From positions 1,215 through 65,214 of the forward strand of contig CANQIC010000008.1 of assembly GCA_947623865.1 (NCBI GenBank): a DNA stretch of 64,000 nucleotides, written 5' to 3'. Under the pieces are notes generated by a model, which saw only the letters and a list, made by a program, of their open reading frames with translations, did not search any database and was not told the origin of the DNA. This DNA is from an uncultured Clostridia bacterium (GTDB lineage: Bacteria > Bacillota > Clostridia > TANB77 > CAG-508). The translations under genes were made by a program, and so were the position numbers. Below, piece by piece: positions 1-11,303 of the stretch (the first letter of the stretch is position 1; each line of letters starts with the position of its first letter).

Positions 1-1117
1 TAAAAAAGGTAATTTGGCTGTAGCACACAATGGAAATATAACAAATGCAATAGACTTAAAACAAAAATTAGAGGATAATGGAGCTATATTTACAACTACT
101 AATGATACCGAAGTAATATGTCATATAATAGTAAAAGAAAGATTAAAAGCAAAATCAACAGAAGAAGCAATAGCAAATACAATGAAAGTATTAAAAGGTG
201 CATATTCATTAGTAATAATGTCTCCACAAAAATTAATAGCTTGTCGTGATCCCCAAGGGTTTAGGCCATTATGCATGGGAAAACTAGGAGATGATATCAT
301 ATTTGCATCTGAGAGTTGTGCACTAGATATATGTGGGGCAGAATTTATAAGAGATGTAAAACCAGGAGAGATAATTGTTGTAAAGGATGGTAAGATAGAA
401 TCAATAGATTACGATAGCAAAGAGAAAAAAGGAATGTGTGTGTTTGAATATATATATATTTCAAGACCAGATTCAGTATTAGAAGGAATGAGTGTACACG
501 AATTTAGAGAAAAATCAGGAAGATATTTAGCAAAACAAATGCCAATAGATGCAGATATAGTAGCAGCTGTACCAGATTCAGGAACAGATGCGGCATTAGG
601 TTACTCAAAAGAATCAAAAATACCATATGATTTAGTATTTACTAAAAGTAAATACATAGGAAGAACATTTATACAGAACACACAAAATAAAAGGAAGAAA
701 TTAGTAGCACTAAAATTAAATCCATTGAAAAATACTATAAAAGGAAAAAAAATAGTTTTAATAGATGATTCAATTGTTAGAGGAACAACATTAACCAATA
801 TAGTTAAGACACTTAGAAAAGCAGGAGCAAAAGAGGTGCACTTAAGGATTGCATCACCAGCATTTATAGATATTTGTTATTTTGGAGTAGATATAGATAA
901 TAAAGAAAACTTAATTGCAAATGGAAGAACAGTAGAAGAAATTAGACAAATTATAGGTGCAGATACTTTAGAATATCTAAGTATTGAGAATTTGAAAAAA
1001 ATATTAAAAGATTGCAATATGGAGAATTTCTGTATGGGATGTTTTACAGGTAAATATCCAATAAAAGTGCCTAAAGAAATTAAAAAAGATAGATTTGAAG
1101 AAAAAATCAAAAAGTAA
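1..1117 (+). CDS. purF: amidophosphoribosyltransferase, 5' end outside window
   Basis: Frame open from base 2. Contains AHNGNI, SESCALD, AAVPDSGT and the PRPP loop VLIDDSIVRGTT. Cys-rich C-terminus (CYFGVD, CMGCF). Confidence 0.9.
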   Translation, partial: KKGNLAVAHNGNITNAIDLKQKLEDNGAIFTTTNDTEVICHIIVKERLKAKSTEEAIANTMKVLKGAYSLVIMSPQKLIACRDPQGFRPLCMGKLGDDIIFASESCALDICGAEFIRDVKPGEIIVVKDGKIESIDYDSKEKKGMCVFEYIYISRPDSVLEGMSVHEFREKSGRYLAKQMPIDADIVAAVPDSGTDAALGYSKESKIPYDLVFTKSKYIGRTFIQNTQNKRKKLVALKLNPLKNTIKGKKIVLIDDSIVRGTTLTNIVKTLRKAGAKEVHLRIASPAFIDICYFGVDIDNKENLIANGRTVEEIRQIIGADTLEYLSIENLKKILKDCNMENFCMGCFTGKYPIKVPKEIKKDRFEEKIKK

Positions 1118-1146
1118 AACTGCCAAAAAACAATTGGCAGTTTTTT
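1118..1146. terminator. bidirectional hairpin terminator between purF and the Crp/Fnr gene
   Basis: Stem ctgccaa/ttggcag flanked by an A-run and a T-run. Confidence 0.6.
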
Positions 1147-1762
1147 AATACAAAAGTTTAATTTTATTTCCTTGTTTTGAAATGAAACCTTCATCTATTA
1201 AATTTCTAATTTCTCTCATCATAGCACTTCTATCAACACTTAAATAATCAGCAAGATTTGTTAAAGAAAAAGGAAGAATTATATTTTTACTAAAAGCTTT
1301 ACTAGATAAAATATTAAAGTAACTAAGTAATTTTTCTCTAATGCTTCTTTTAGATAAAATTTCTATTCTGGTATTTTGAGATATTGTGTTATTTAAGACC
1401 AATTCCAAAATATTAGATATCAAATTAGTATGAAATCCACAATTTTGTCTACATTTTATACGTAAATCATCATATGAAAATAAAAGAACTTCACATTTTT
1501 TAGTTGCTAGTACGAAAAGTTCATTATTTGTATTGACATGATGAAAAACTTCTCCAAAAATATCATTTTGATTAAAGCGTTCTATTATATCTTTATTTCC
1601 TTTTAAATCATACCTAATTAAGTCTGCTTTTCCTGAGAGCAAAATACAAATTTGTTTTCTTTTTTCCATATAAGTAGTAATAACATTACCTGAAAGAAAA
1701 GTCTTTTTTTGTACTTTTATACAATTATTAGAAATGCTTTTAGCTAATTCTGTAACATCCAT
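1145..1762 (-). CDS. Crp/Fnr family transcriptional regulator
   Basis: 205 aa. cNMP-binding-like N-terminal half and a C-terminal HTH (LTNLADYLSVDRSAMMREIRNLIDEGFI). Confidence 0.7.
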   Translation of the reverse strand: MDVTELAKSISNNCIKVQKKTFLSGNVITTYMEKRKQICILLSGKADLIRYDLKGNKDIIERFNQNDIFGEVFHHVNTNNELFVLATKKCEVLLFSYDDLRIKCRQNCGFHTNLISNILELVLNNTISQNTRIEILSKRSIREKLLSYFNILSSKAFSKNIILPFSLTNLADYLSVDRSAMMREIRNLIDEGFISKQGNKIKLLY

Positions 1763-1806
1763 TTAAGTTCTCCTATATAAATTGTAATTTATTTAATTAA
1801 GTGTTC

Positions 1807-1942
1807 TCTAGAAAAGGTTTATTTATTTGTTTCCAACGCGAATTCCGTTACTGAACCTGTAAGTTGCTAAAGCAACAACAGTTTCATGTAACGAAAGCTG
1901 GATCGCGTAACTGAGAAACAAATAAATATAACCTTTTCTAGA
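1807..1942. repeat. long imperfect palindrome (about 65-bp arms), locally GC-richer than its surroundings
   Basis: tctagaaaaggtttatttatttgtttc...gaaacaaataaatataaccttttctaga. Inner arms gttactgaacctgtaagttgct / agcaacaacagtttcatgtaac. Confidence 0.6.
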
Positions 1943-2094
1943 AATCAATTGATATTTTACAAACAACAATTTTTTTCAATTATATTATATCAAATTGAAA
2001 AAAGCAATGAAAACAATTGTAACATAAATGTAATAATTAATAATTTCTTACAACACCAATGGATAGAAGATTCATAAAAATATTTTTTAATATT

Positions 2095-2110
2095 TGTTGC
2101 AATTGCAACA
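2095..2110. promoter_or_regulatory. 16-bp perfect palindrome TGTTGCAATTGCAACA upstream of nrdD (candidate operator)
   Basis: Perfect dyad read directly, 67 bp upstream of the nrdD start, in the divergent Crp/Fnr-nrdD spacer. Confidence 0.35.
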
Positions 2111-2176
2111 GAATTTGTAAAAAGTTGATATATAATATGAAACATATTAAAGTGAGAACTAAAGGGGGATACAGAT

Positions 2177-4303
2177 ATGAAAGTAATAAAAAGAGATGGA
2201 AAAGCAGTAGATTATAATAGAGAAAAGATTGAGATAGCAATAGAAAAAGCAAATAATGAAGTAAAACCCAAAGAAAGATTATCAAAAGGAGAAATTAGAG
2301 AAATAACAAAATATATAGAAGAACTTGATAAAAAAAGAATTTTAGTAGAGGATATTCAAGACATTATAGAACAACAGATAATGGATAGAAAAAAATTCGA
2401 ACTTGCAAAGAAATATATGATTTATCGTTATACTAGAGCATTAGTTAGAAAGCAAAATACAACAGATGAATCTATATTAGGATTAATAAAAAATCAGAAT
2501 AAAGAACTATTAGAAGAAAACTCTAATAAAAATGCAGTTCTTGCTTCAACACAAAGAGATTACATAGCAGGAGAAGTTTCAAAAGATTTAACAAAAAGGA
2601 TATTATTACCTGAAAAAATTACAAAGGCACACGAAGATGGAATACTTCATTTTCATGATATGGATTACTTTTTACAACCAATTTTTAATTGTTGCTTAAT
2701 AAATATAGGTGATATGTTAGAAAATGGAACAGTTATGAATGGCAAATTAATAGAATCTCCAAAAAGTTTCCAAGTTGCATGTACCATTATGACACAAATA
2801 ATAGCAGCAGTCGCATCAAACCAATACGGGGGACAATCTGTAGATGTTAGCCATTTAGGAAAATATATAAGAAAAAGTTATGAAAAATTCAAAAAAGAAA
2901 TAGAAGAAGAATTTAGTAATGATTTGACACCAGAAATGATAGAAAGGCTTACAAATCAGAGATTAAAAAAAGAAGTATCTGCAGGTGTTCAAACTATTCA
3001 ATATCAAATTAATACATTAATGACAACAAATGGGCAATCACCTTTTGTAACATTATTCCTAAATTTAAAGAAAGATGACCCATATATAAAAGAAAATGCA
3101 ATGTTAATAGAAGAAATACTTAAACAAAGATACGAGGGAATAAAAAACGAAAAAGGTGTATATATAACACCCGCATTTCCTAAATTAATATATGTATTAG
3201 ACGAACACAATTGTTTAAAAGGTGGCGAATATGATTATATAACAAAGCTTGCAGTAAAGTGTTCTTCTAAAAGATTATATCCAGATTATATTTCAGCAAA
3301 AAAGATGCGTGAAAACTATGAAGGAAATGTATTTAGTCCAATGGGATGCAGAAGTTTCTTATCACCTTGGAAAGACGAAAATGGTAACTATAAATTTGAA
3401 GGAAGATTTAATCAGGGTGTTGTTAGTATCAATTTACCTCAAATTGGAATTGTTGCAGATGGAAATGAAGAAAAATTTTGGAAATTACTTGATGAAAGAC
3501 TAGAATTGTGTTATGAAGCTCTAATGTGTAGACATTATGCATTACTTGGAACCCTAAGTAACACTAGTCCAATACATTGGAGATATGGAGCGATAGCTCG
3601 TATGGAACCTGGAGAAAAAATAGATAAATTATTAAAAGATGGATATTCAACAATTTCTTTAGGGTATATAGGACTTTATGAAGTAACAAAATTAGTAAAA
3701 GGTGTATCACATACTGCACCTCAAGGACACGATTTTGCAATTAAGGTAATGAAACATTTAAGAGATACAACTGATAGATGGAAAAAAGAAACAGGAATAG
3801 GATTTGGACTATATGGAACACCAGCAGAAAGTTTATGTTATCGTTTTGCAAGAATTGATAAGGAAAAATTTGGCGAAATCAAAGATATTACAGACAAAGG
3901 ATATTATACAAATTCATATCATGTGGATGTAAGGGAAGATATAGATGCATTTGATAAATTATCATTTGAAAGTGAATTTCAGCAACTATCATCTGGTGGA
4001 GCCATTTCATATATAGAAATTCCAAACATGAGAAACAATCTAAAAGCATTGGAGTCTGTTGTTAAATTTATTTATGATAATATTCAATATGCAGAATTCA
4101 ATACAAAATCTGATTATTGCCATGTTTGTGGGTTTGATGGAGAAATAATTATAAATGATGATTTAGAATGGGAATGCCCAAACTGTGGAAATAAAGATAA
4201 AAATAAAATGAATGTAACAAGGCGCACTTGTGGATACTTAGGAGAAAATTTCTGGAATGAAGGAAAAACTAAAGAAATAAAATCGAGAGTATTACATTTG
4301 TAA
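2177..4303 (+). CDS. nrdD: anaerobic ribonucleoside-triphosphate reductase
   Basis: 708 aa. ATP-cone-like N-terminus. C-terminal Zn ribbon CHVCG...CPNCG followed by the glycyl-radical motif RRTCGYLG. Confidence 0.95.
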   Translation: MKVIKRDGKAVDYNREKIEIAIEKANNEVKPKERLSKGEIREITKYIEELDKKRILVEDIQDIIEQQIMDRKKFELAKKYMIYRYTRALVRKQNTTDESILGLIKNQNKELLEENSNKNAVLASTQRDYIAGEVSKDLTKRILLPEKITKAHEDGILHFHDMDYFLQPIFNCCLINIGDMLENGTVMNGKLIESPKSFQVACTIMTQIIAAVASNQYGGQSVDVSHLGKYIRKSYEKFKKEIEEEFSNDLTPEMIERLTNQRLKKEVSAGVQTIQYQINTLMTTNGQSPFVTLFLNLKKDDPYIKENAMLIEEILKQRYEGIKNEKGVYITPAFPKLIYVLDEHNCLKGGEYDYITKLAVKCSSKRLYPDYISAKKMRENYEGNVFSPMGCRSFLSPWKDENGNYKFEGRFNQGVVSINLPQIGIVADGNEEKFWKLLDERLELCYEALMCRHYALLGTLSNTSPIHWRYGAIARMEPGEKIDKLLKDGYSTISLGYIGLYEVTKLVKGVSHTAPQGHDFAIKVMKHLRDTTDRWKKETGIGFGLYGTPAESLCYRFARIDKEKFGEIKDITDKGYYTNSYHVDVREDIDAFDKLSFESEFQQLSSGGAISYIEIPNMRNNLKALESVVKFIYDNIQYAEFNTKSDYCHVCGFDGEIIINDDLEWECPNCGNKDKNKMNVTRRTCGYLGENFWNEGKTKEIKSRVLHL

Positions 4304-4407
4304 TTAGAGGTTAAAAGTTAGAAATTAGAAATTAGAGGTTAGAAATTTATAAATAAAAATTCTAATTTCTAAAATCTAATATTTAACCTTCAGTATGGAG
4401 GTTAGAA

Positions 4408-4953
4408 ATGAAATATGCAAAAATAAAAAAATGTGATGTTGCAAACGGACCAGGAGTAAGAGTTTCACTATTTGTAAGTGGATGCAATCATCATTGTAAA
4501 AATTGTTTTAATAAAGAGGCATGGGATTTTAATTATGGAAATAATTTTACAGATAAAGAGCAAAATGAAATAATGGAAGACTTGAAACCAGAATACATTA
4601 CAGGATTAAGTCTTTTAGGGGGAGAACCTTTTGAAAAAACAAATCAAGAAGGATTAGTTCCATTAATAAAAAAGGTAAAACAAACATATCCAGATAAAAA
4701 GGTTTGGTGTTACACAGGATTTACATTTGATAAACAAATTTTGGGTGAAATGATTGAAAAGGAAAATAGAGAGACTACTAAAGAAATGCTCCAAAATATA
4801 GATTACATAGTAGATGGAAAATTTGTAGAAAAATTAAAAGATCCAAAATTAAGATTTAGGGGTTCAAGTAATCAAAGAATTATAGATGTAAAGAAAAGTC
4901 TAGAACAAAAAGAAGTTATAATTTGGGATGGATTAGAAGAAGATATAGGATAG
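4408..4953 (+). CDS. nrdG: anaerobic RNR activating protein (radical SAM)
   Basis: CNHHCKNC radical-SAM cluster motif. Immediately downstream of nrdD. Confidence 0.9.
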   Translation: MKYAKIKKCDVANGPGVRVSLFVSGCNHHCKNCFNKEAWDFNYGNNFTDKEQNEIMEDLKPEYITGLSLLGGEPFEKTNQEGLVPLIKKVKQTYPDKKVWCYTGFTFDKQILGEMIEKENRETTKEMLQNIDYIVDGKFVEKLKDPKLRFRGSSNQRIIDVKKSLEQKEVIIWDGLEEDIG

Positions 4954-5030
4954 TTTTTTACTATTTAGTAAATAATAAAATTTTTTAGCTATTAAAATTA
5001 AATGATAAATAAATATATATATATATTATA

Positions 5031-5062
5031 AAACTGTCAAAAAAGCAATTGACAGTTTTTTC
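5031..5062 (+). terminator. rho-independent terminator after nrdG
   Basis: Stem ctgtcaa/ttgacag followed by tttttt. Confidence 0.6.
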
Positions 5063-5129
5063 CTTTTAGTATACAATAATTAAACAATAAATGCATAAAT
5101 TAAATATGCAAAAGAAAGGTTGTGATATT

Positions 5130-5321
5130 ATGACATATATTGAAGAAAACACAAAAAAATTAGAAGAATTAAAAAAGTTGACATATGAAGAATTATGCAA
5201 CATGGAAAGAAAGATATTAAATAATCCAAATTCAACAAGGGCAGACATAGTAAATATATGTTTTGCGTGCGGTGAAAAGGCAATAGAATTAGGGTTAATA
5301 TGTACATTAGATGATATATAG
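5130..5321 (+). CDS. putative antitoxin partner of a ParE/RelE-like toxin
   Basis: Small ORF overlapping the toxin gene start. Paralog of 42392..42643 (shared YEEL..ME motif). Start chosen at the ATG after aaagg. Confidence 0.4.
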   Translation: MTYIEENTKKLEELKKLTYEELCNMERKILNNPNSTRADIVNICFACGEKAIELGLICTLDDI

Positions 5322-5637
5322 AGAGAATTTAATATTGGTAAATATAAAATTCAAAATAGATGCTAAAGAAGATTTAAGTCAAATTAATGAATATATATCG
5401 AAAGATTCTATATATTATGCAAATAAAACAACAGAAGAAATCATAGAAAAAATAAAATACTTATTAATATTTCCATATATGGGACGAAAAACACCAGAAT
5501 TTAATAATGTAAATTATAGAGAATTAATATATAAGTCTTATAGAATATTCTATAAAGTTAATTCTAATGTTTATATCTTAAAAATTTTTCATCATTCAAG
5601 AGACATTCTAAGCTCAATAGACATTTCCAATTATTAA
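5311..5637 (+). CDS. ParE/RelE family toxin
   Basis: YKSYRIFYKVNSNVYILKIFHHSRD C-terminal motif typical of ParE/RelE. True start uncertain (a TTG at 5335 is possible). Confidence 0.6.
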   Translation: MIYRENLILVNIKFKIDAKEDLSQINEYISKDSIYYANKTTEEIIEKIKYLLIFPYMGRKTPEFNNVNYRELIYKSYRIFYKVNSNVYILKIFHHSRDILSSIDISNY

Positions 5638-5698
5638 TAATTAAATAATTATAATCTTAATTTATGCATTTATTAATACTAATTTAATATAATTATAT

Positions 5699-6409
5699 AT
5701 GATGAAAATATATAATTTAAAAACAATATTAAAAATATTTTTAATATCTATAACAATTATTTTAACATTAATTCTAACAAAAAAATATATTCCACAAGAA
5801 GTAATACAAACAACTAATAACAATGTTAGTTCATATAAAATTTTAGTTGATGTAGAAGATTCAAAATTATTTTTATTCCAAAATGATGAATTAATAAAAA
5901 CATATAAATGTTCAGGAGGAAAGTGGTCAACTCCTTCGCCAATAGGAACTTGGACAATAATTTCAAAAGCTAAATGGGGGGAAGGCTTTCGGACGGAAGT
6001 TGGATGGGATTAAATGTTCCATGGGGACAATTTGGAATACACGGGACATTAGATCCATATTCAGTAGGATGGTCAAGTTCACATGGATGTATTAGGATGA
6101 ACAATAATGAGGTTGTAGAGCTTTATAAAATAGTGCCAATAGGAACTAAAGTTACAATTGTGGATCGGAGTATATGGAGCATTTGGTAAAGGATTAAGAG
6201 ATTTAAAATCTGGTATGTATGGATCAGATGTAATGGAAATACAGAAGAAATTAAAATTATTAGGTTTTTTTAATGGGAATCCAAACGGAAAATTTGGAAT
6301 AGAAACAGAAAAAGCTGTGCAAAATTACTGTAAAGCAAATGGATTATATATAAGAAAGATAATAGATAAAGAATTGCAAAAACATATGGGTTTTGAGCTT
6401 GCAGAATAA
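5699..6409 (+). CDS. L,D-transpeptidase (YkuD domain) with C-terminal peptidoglycan-binding domain. Needs three +1 corrections at CGG 5990, 5994 and 6166.
   Basis: After skipping the three C residues the protein reads ...[24 protein letters not shown]...SSHGCIRM...[14 protein letters not shown]...[19 protein letters not shown]. The track splits it into 3 ORFs. Confidence 0.8.
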
Positions 6410-6518
6410 GGAATTTATGTAAATTATTACTTAATAAAAATTAATTTATATATTCTTTACTAAAATGTACTGTGATATTATAAAAATGGAATTTGAAAAT
6501 GCATAATAGGAGAAAAAT

Positions 6519-7031
6519 ATGGGAGAAAAGTCAAGCATTCATTATATAATGGCTCATGAAAAAATAAGAAATTTAATATTCGAAGAGTGGGAAAAAACTA
6601 ATTTATTATTAAATCAAGGTCCAGATGTATTAAAACAGTATTTTTGCAAGTTATGGAATGAAACAAAGCAAGAGTTAGAATATGTGGATGATATTGATAT
6701 AATAGATTTAGATAAAAAAATAAAACCAGAAGATTTTAATGTATCATACTCTATTTTAAATAAAAAGCAAAAGGTTTTTAATTTTATAATGCCAAAACCA
6801 TTAACTGATTATGGACAAGCCCTATATATAAGTGTTGTTTTAACATCAAGGATTCCAAGATTTTTTAATCTTGAATTTGTTAAAGGCCTAAACGGTAATG
6901 ATTCGTATATGATAGGTGAGTGGTATATTGACTTTGAAAATGATAATTATGAGTATAAAAATTATGAAACAATAGATAAACCAAATATTGGAGAATTTTT
7001 AGGAAAAATAAATAAGATATTAAATAGATAA
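6519..7031 (+). CDS. hypothetical protein
   Basis: 170-aa ORF with an upstream aggag. No family recognised. Confidence 0.45.
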   Translation: MGEKSSIHYIMAHEKIRNLIFEEWEKTNLLLNQGPDVLKQYFCKLWNETKQELEYVDDIDIIDLDKKIKPEDFNVSYSILNKKQKVFNFIMPKPLTDYGQALYISVVLTSRIPRFFNLEFVKGLNGNDSYMIGEWYIDFENDNYEYKNYETIDKPNIGEFLGKINKILNR

Positions 7032-7079
7032 ATTAATTAAATAAATATTACAAAATACAAAAAATAATTTAAAAAAATA

Positions 7080-7330
7080 TTGACAAGCCACATTTCCGTA
7101 TGATATTATTGTAAAGCACATATTTTGCAACTAAAATATGTAGTTCTTATTGTGAAAACAACAAAGATCCTGAGCACCAACCTACAATTTTTGATTGTGA
7201 TGTTGGGTAGGGTTCTATAATATTAAGGGTGGTTAAAATAAATAAAGTAGTGATATAAATTAATAATAGAATAAAAGTGTAGGGACCAGTAAGCTTAAAA
7301 GAATTTTGGTAATTGTTACTACACTTTTTT
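7080..7330 (+). ncRNA. candidate small RNA or leader: orphan strong promoter to hairpin terminator, no ORF
   Basis: TTGACA(7080)-18 nt-TGnTATTAT(7101-7109). Internal hairpins. Terminator stem aagtgtag/ctacactt plus T-run at 7275-7330. Identity unknown. Confidence 0.3.
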
Positions 7331-7579
7331 GTATTGTTTTAAAATTAAATAAGGAGGAATTAAATACTACATAAGGTTATATGAAATCAAAATTGATATA
7401 GGGCAGTACGGTTTTGAGGAGTATAATACATTAGTATTTAAGAGGGACCTTGTTTAATAAATAAATATATCTGCTCAAATGATACACAAATAGTGAATAG
7501 TTAATAGTTTTGGATATTTTTTCACATCCTGTTGAAAAATCATATTTACTTTTCACTAAAACAAGAGGAGTTGATTTAT

Positions 7580-10500
7580 TTGTTAAAAGACTTAAACTAT
7601 GAAAAAACAACAAGAAAAACGTTTGCAAGAATTGGAGATTTTATCGAAATCCCAAATTTAATTCAAGTTCAAAAAGATTCTTATGACTGGTTTGTAAGAG
7701 AAGGACTTGGAGAAGTATTAAAAGATATTTCACCAATCATTGATTATTCTGGTAATTTAGTTCTTGAATTTTTCGATTATTATATGGAAGAAAAAACTAA
7801 ATATTCTTTAGAAGAAGCTAAAGAAAGAGATGCGACTTACTCTACAAGATTACATGTAAATGTAAGGCTTATTAATCGTGAAACTGGAGAAATCAAAGAG
7901 CAAGAAATTTATTTAGGTGATTTTCCATTAATGACAGATAGTGGTACATTCGTAATAAATGGTGCTGAAAGGGTTGTGGTAAGCCAATTAGTACGTTCAC
8001 CTGGATGTTACTATGAATCAGATTATGATAAAACAGGAAAAAAATTATACAAATCTACAGTTATGCCAATAAGAGGTGCATGGCTAGAATATGAAACAGA
8101 TAGTAACGATATATTCTATGTAAGAATTGATAGGACAAGAAAACTACCAGTAACAGTTCTTTTAAGAGCAATAGGATTAGTTTCAGATGAACAAATTATA
8201 GATGTATTTGGGGAAGATGAAAAAATCCTAGCAACAATAGCAAAAGATACAGTTAAAACAAGTGAAGAAGCAATTGTTGAAATATACAAAAAATTAAGAC
8301 CAGGAGAACTTCCAACAGTTGATGCGGCAAGAAACCTATTTAATAACCTATTTTTCGATCCAAGAAGATATGATTTAGCAAAAGTAGGAAGATATAAATT
8401 TAATAAGAAATTAAATTTAGCATCAAGAATAACAGGTCAAGTTGCATATAGCGATATATTAAATAGCGAAACTGGAGAAATATTAGTAGAAAAAGATACA
8501 GTTATATCTAAAGAAATAGCAAAACAAATACAAAATTTAGGAATTAATATTGTTGATGTAAAAGTAGATGACAAAAAAGTTAGAGTAATAGGAAATGGAA
8601 CAGTAGATATAAATGCATATGTGGACACAGCAAAATTAGGAATCAATATTAAAGAATTAGTAAATTATGAAGTATTAAAAAACATATTAGAAAATACAAA
8701 TAAAAAAGATTTAAAAAAGGTAATTGAAGAAAGAGAAGAAGAATTAGTTCCAAAACATATTGTTACAGAAGATATGATATCATCAGTAAATTATCTATTA
8801 AACCTACAATATGATTTAGGAAGAGTTGATGATATAGATCATTTAGGAAACAGACGTATAAGATGTGTTGGTGAATTATTACAAAATCAATTTAGAATTG
8901 GTCTTACAAGACTTGAAAGAGTTGTTCGTGAGAGAATGACAATACAAGACTTAGATGTTATAACACCACAAACATTAATAAACACAAAACCAATAACATC
9001 ATCAATAAGAGAATTCTTTGGTAGTTCACAATTATCACAATTCATGGATCAAACAAACCCATTATCAGAATTAACACATAAAAGAAGAATTTCAGCTTTA
9101 GGGCCTGGAGGGCTCTCAAGAGAAAGAGCAGGATTCGAAGTTCGTGACGTTCACTATACACACTACGGAAGACTTTGCCCAATAGAATCTCCAGAAGGAC
9201 CAAACATTGGATTAATATCTGCACTTTCAACTTTTGCAGTAATTAATGAATATGGATTTGTAGAAACGCCATATAGAAAAATAGATCCAAAGACACATAA
9301 AATAACAGATGAAGTTACATATATGACAGCAGATGAAGAAGATGAATATATTATTGCACAAGCAACAGAGCCTATGACAAAAGACCGGTAAATTCAAAAA
9401 TAAAATGATAAGAGTAAGACATTTAGATGAAGTTACAGAAGTAGAAGCAGAAAGAGTAGACTATGTAGATGTATCACCAAAACAATTAGTATCTGTAGGT
9501 GCTGCTATGATACCATTCTTAGAGCATGATGATGCTAACCGTGCATTAATGGGTGCTAACATGCAACGTCAAGCAGTTCCACTTATGATAACAGATTCAC
9601 CAATAGTTGGAACAGGTATAGAATATAAAGCAGCAAAAGATTCTGGAATTACGGTACTTGCAAAAAATGATGGTATTGTCGAAAGAGTTACTGGAGAAGA
9701 AATAATTGTAAAAACAAAATCAGGGGAAAAAGATATATATAAATTACGTAAGTTCAAAAGAACAAATGGTGGTACATGTATAAATCAACATCCTATTGTT
9801 GTAAAAGGAGAAAAAGTAAAAGCAAATGATGTTATAGCTGATGGTCCTTCTACACAAAATGGTGAAATGGCACTTGGTAAAAACGTACTTATAGCATTTA
9901 CAACATGGGAAGGATATAATTACGAGGATGCAATTTTGCTTAGTGAAAGATTAGTAAAAGAAGATGTTTACACATCTATACATATAGAAGAATATGATTG
10001 TGAGTGTAGAGATACAAAACTTGGAGCAGAAGAAATAACAAGAGATATTCCAAACATAGGTGAAGAAAACTTAAAAGACTTAGATGAAAACGGAGTTATA
10101 AGAATAGGTGCAGAAGTAAGACCTGGTGATATCCTAGTAGGAAAAGTTACTCCAAAAGGAGAAACAGAATTATCAGCAGAAGAAAGACTACTTCGTGCAA
10201 TATTTGGAGAAAAAGCAAGAGAAGTAAGAGATACATCTTTAAGAGTACCACATGGAGAAGCAGGAACAATAGTTGATGTAAAAGTATATAACAGAGAAAA
10301 CTCTGATGAACTTGGACCTGGAGTTAATGAAATAATTAGAGTATATATTGCTCAAAAGAGAAAAATATCAGTTGGAGATAAAATGGCTGGACGTCATGGA
10401 AATAAAGGTGTTATTTCAAGAATATTACCAGTTGAAGATATGCCATTCATGCCAGATGGAACACCAGTTGATGTTGTTCTAAACCCACTTGGTGTACCTT

Positions 10501-11303
10501 CACGTATGAATCTTGGTCAAGTTTTAGAGGTTCATTTAGGTGCAGCTGCAAGATTATTAGGAATGAAAGTTGCAACACCTGTATTTGATGGTGCAACAGA
10601 AGAAGATATTATAGAGTTATTAAAAGAAGCAGGATTATCAGAAGATGGTAAAACAATTCTTTATGATGGTAGAACAGGTGAGCCTTTCGATAAACCAATT
10701 ACAGTTGGTGTAATGTATATGTTAAAACTTCACCACTTAGTAGATGATAAAATACATGCTCGTTCAACTGGTCCATACTCATTAGTAACACAACAACCTC
10801 TAGGAGGTAAAGCTCAATTTGGTGGACAAAGATTTGGAGAAATGGAAGTTTGGGCACTAGAAGCATATGGTGCTGCATATACTTTGCAAGAAATCTTAAC
10901 AATCAAATCTGATGATGTTGTAGGAAGAGTAAAAACATATGAATCAATTGTTAAAGGTGAAAATGTTCCTGAACCAGGAGTTCCAGAAAGCTTTAAAGTA
11001 TTAGTAAAAGAACTACAAAGTTTGGGATTAGATGTACGTTTATATTCTGAAAATGATGAAGAATTAGAATTAAAAGAAAATATTGAAGAAGGAATAGATT
11101 TAAATTTAGAAGATTTAAACAAAGCTATACCTGAAGAAGAAGCTGTAATAGATGAAGAAGAAATGTCAGGAGATTTCATTGAAGAAGATTTTGAAGAAGA
11201 TACTATTGAAGACGAAGATATAGCAATAGAAGAAAATGAAATTTTTGATAACGAACTTGCAACAGACAATATTATGAATGAGGAAGATATAATTGACGAA
11301 TAA
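7580..11303 (+). CDS. rpoB: DNA-directed RNA polymerase beta subunit. Needs a +1 correction at CGG 9386.
   Basis: Start taken as TTG 9 nt after gaggag. Contains [15 protein letters not shown]. The junction reads ...[15 protein letters not shown]...VSPKQLVS...[16 protein letters not shown]. Acidic C-terminal tail. Confidence 0.95.

Noticed and set aside
1990-2176. NrdR boxes upstream of nrdD
   Set aside because: I looked for the 16-bp ACAC.ATAT.T.GTGT-like box pair and could not find a convincing match by eye. Only the unrelated TGTTGCAATTGCAACA dyad stands out.
4303-4400. TTAGAA(A/G)TTAGAGGT-like motifs here and at 18150-18175, 18725-18775 and 59221-59250, as another repeat family
   Set aside because: The motifs are short, AT-rich and mostly part of local terminator or leader hairpins. 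The similarity is too weak to call a family without a genome-wide count.
7225-7233. T-box riboswitch upstream of rpoB
   Set aside because: Only an AGGGTGGT-like fragment is present. There is no specifier-loop or antiterminator architecture that I can trace, and the downstream gene is not an aminoacyl-tRNA-related gene.
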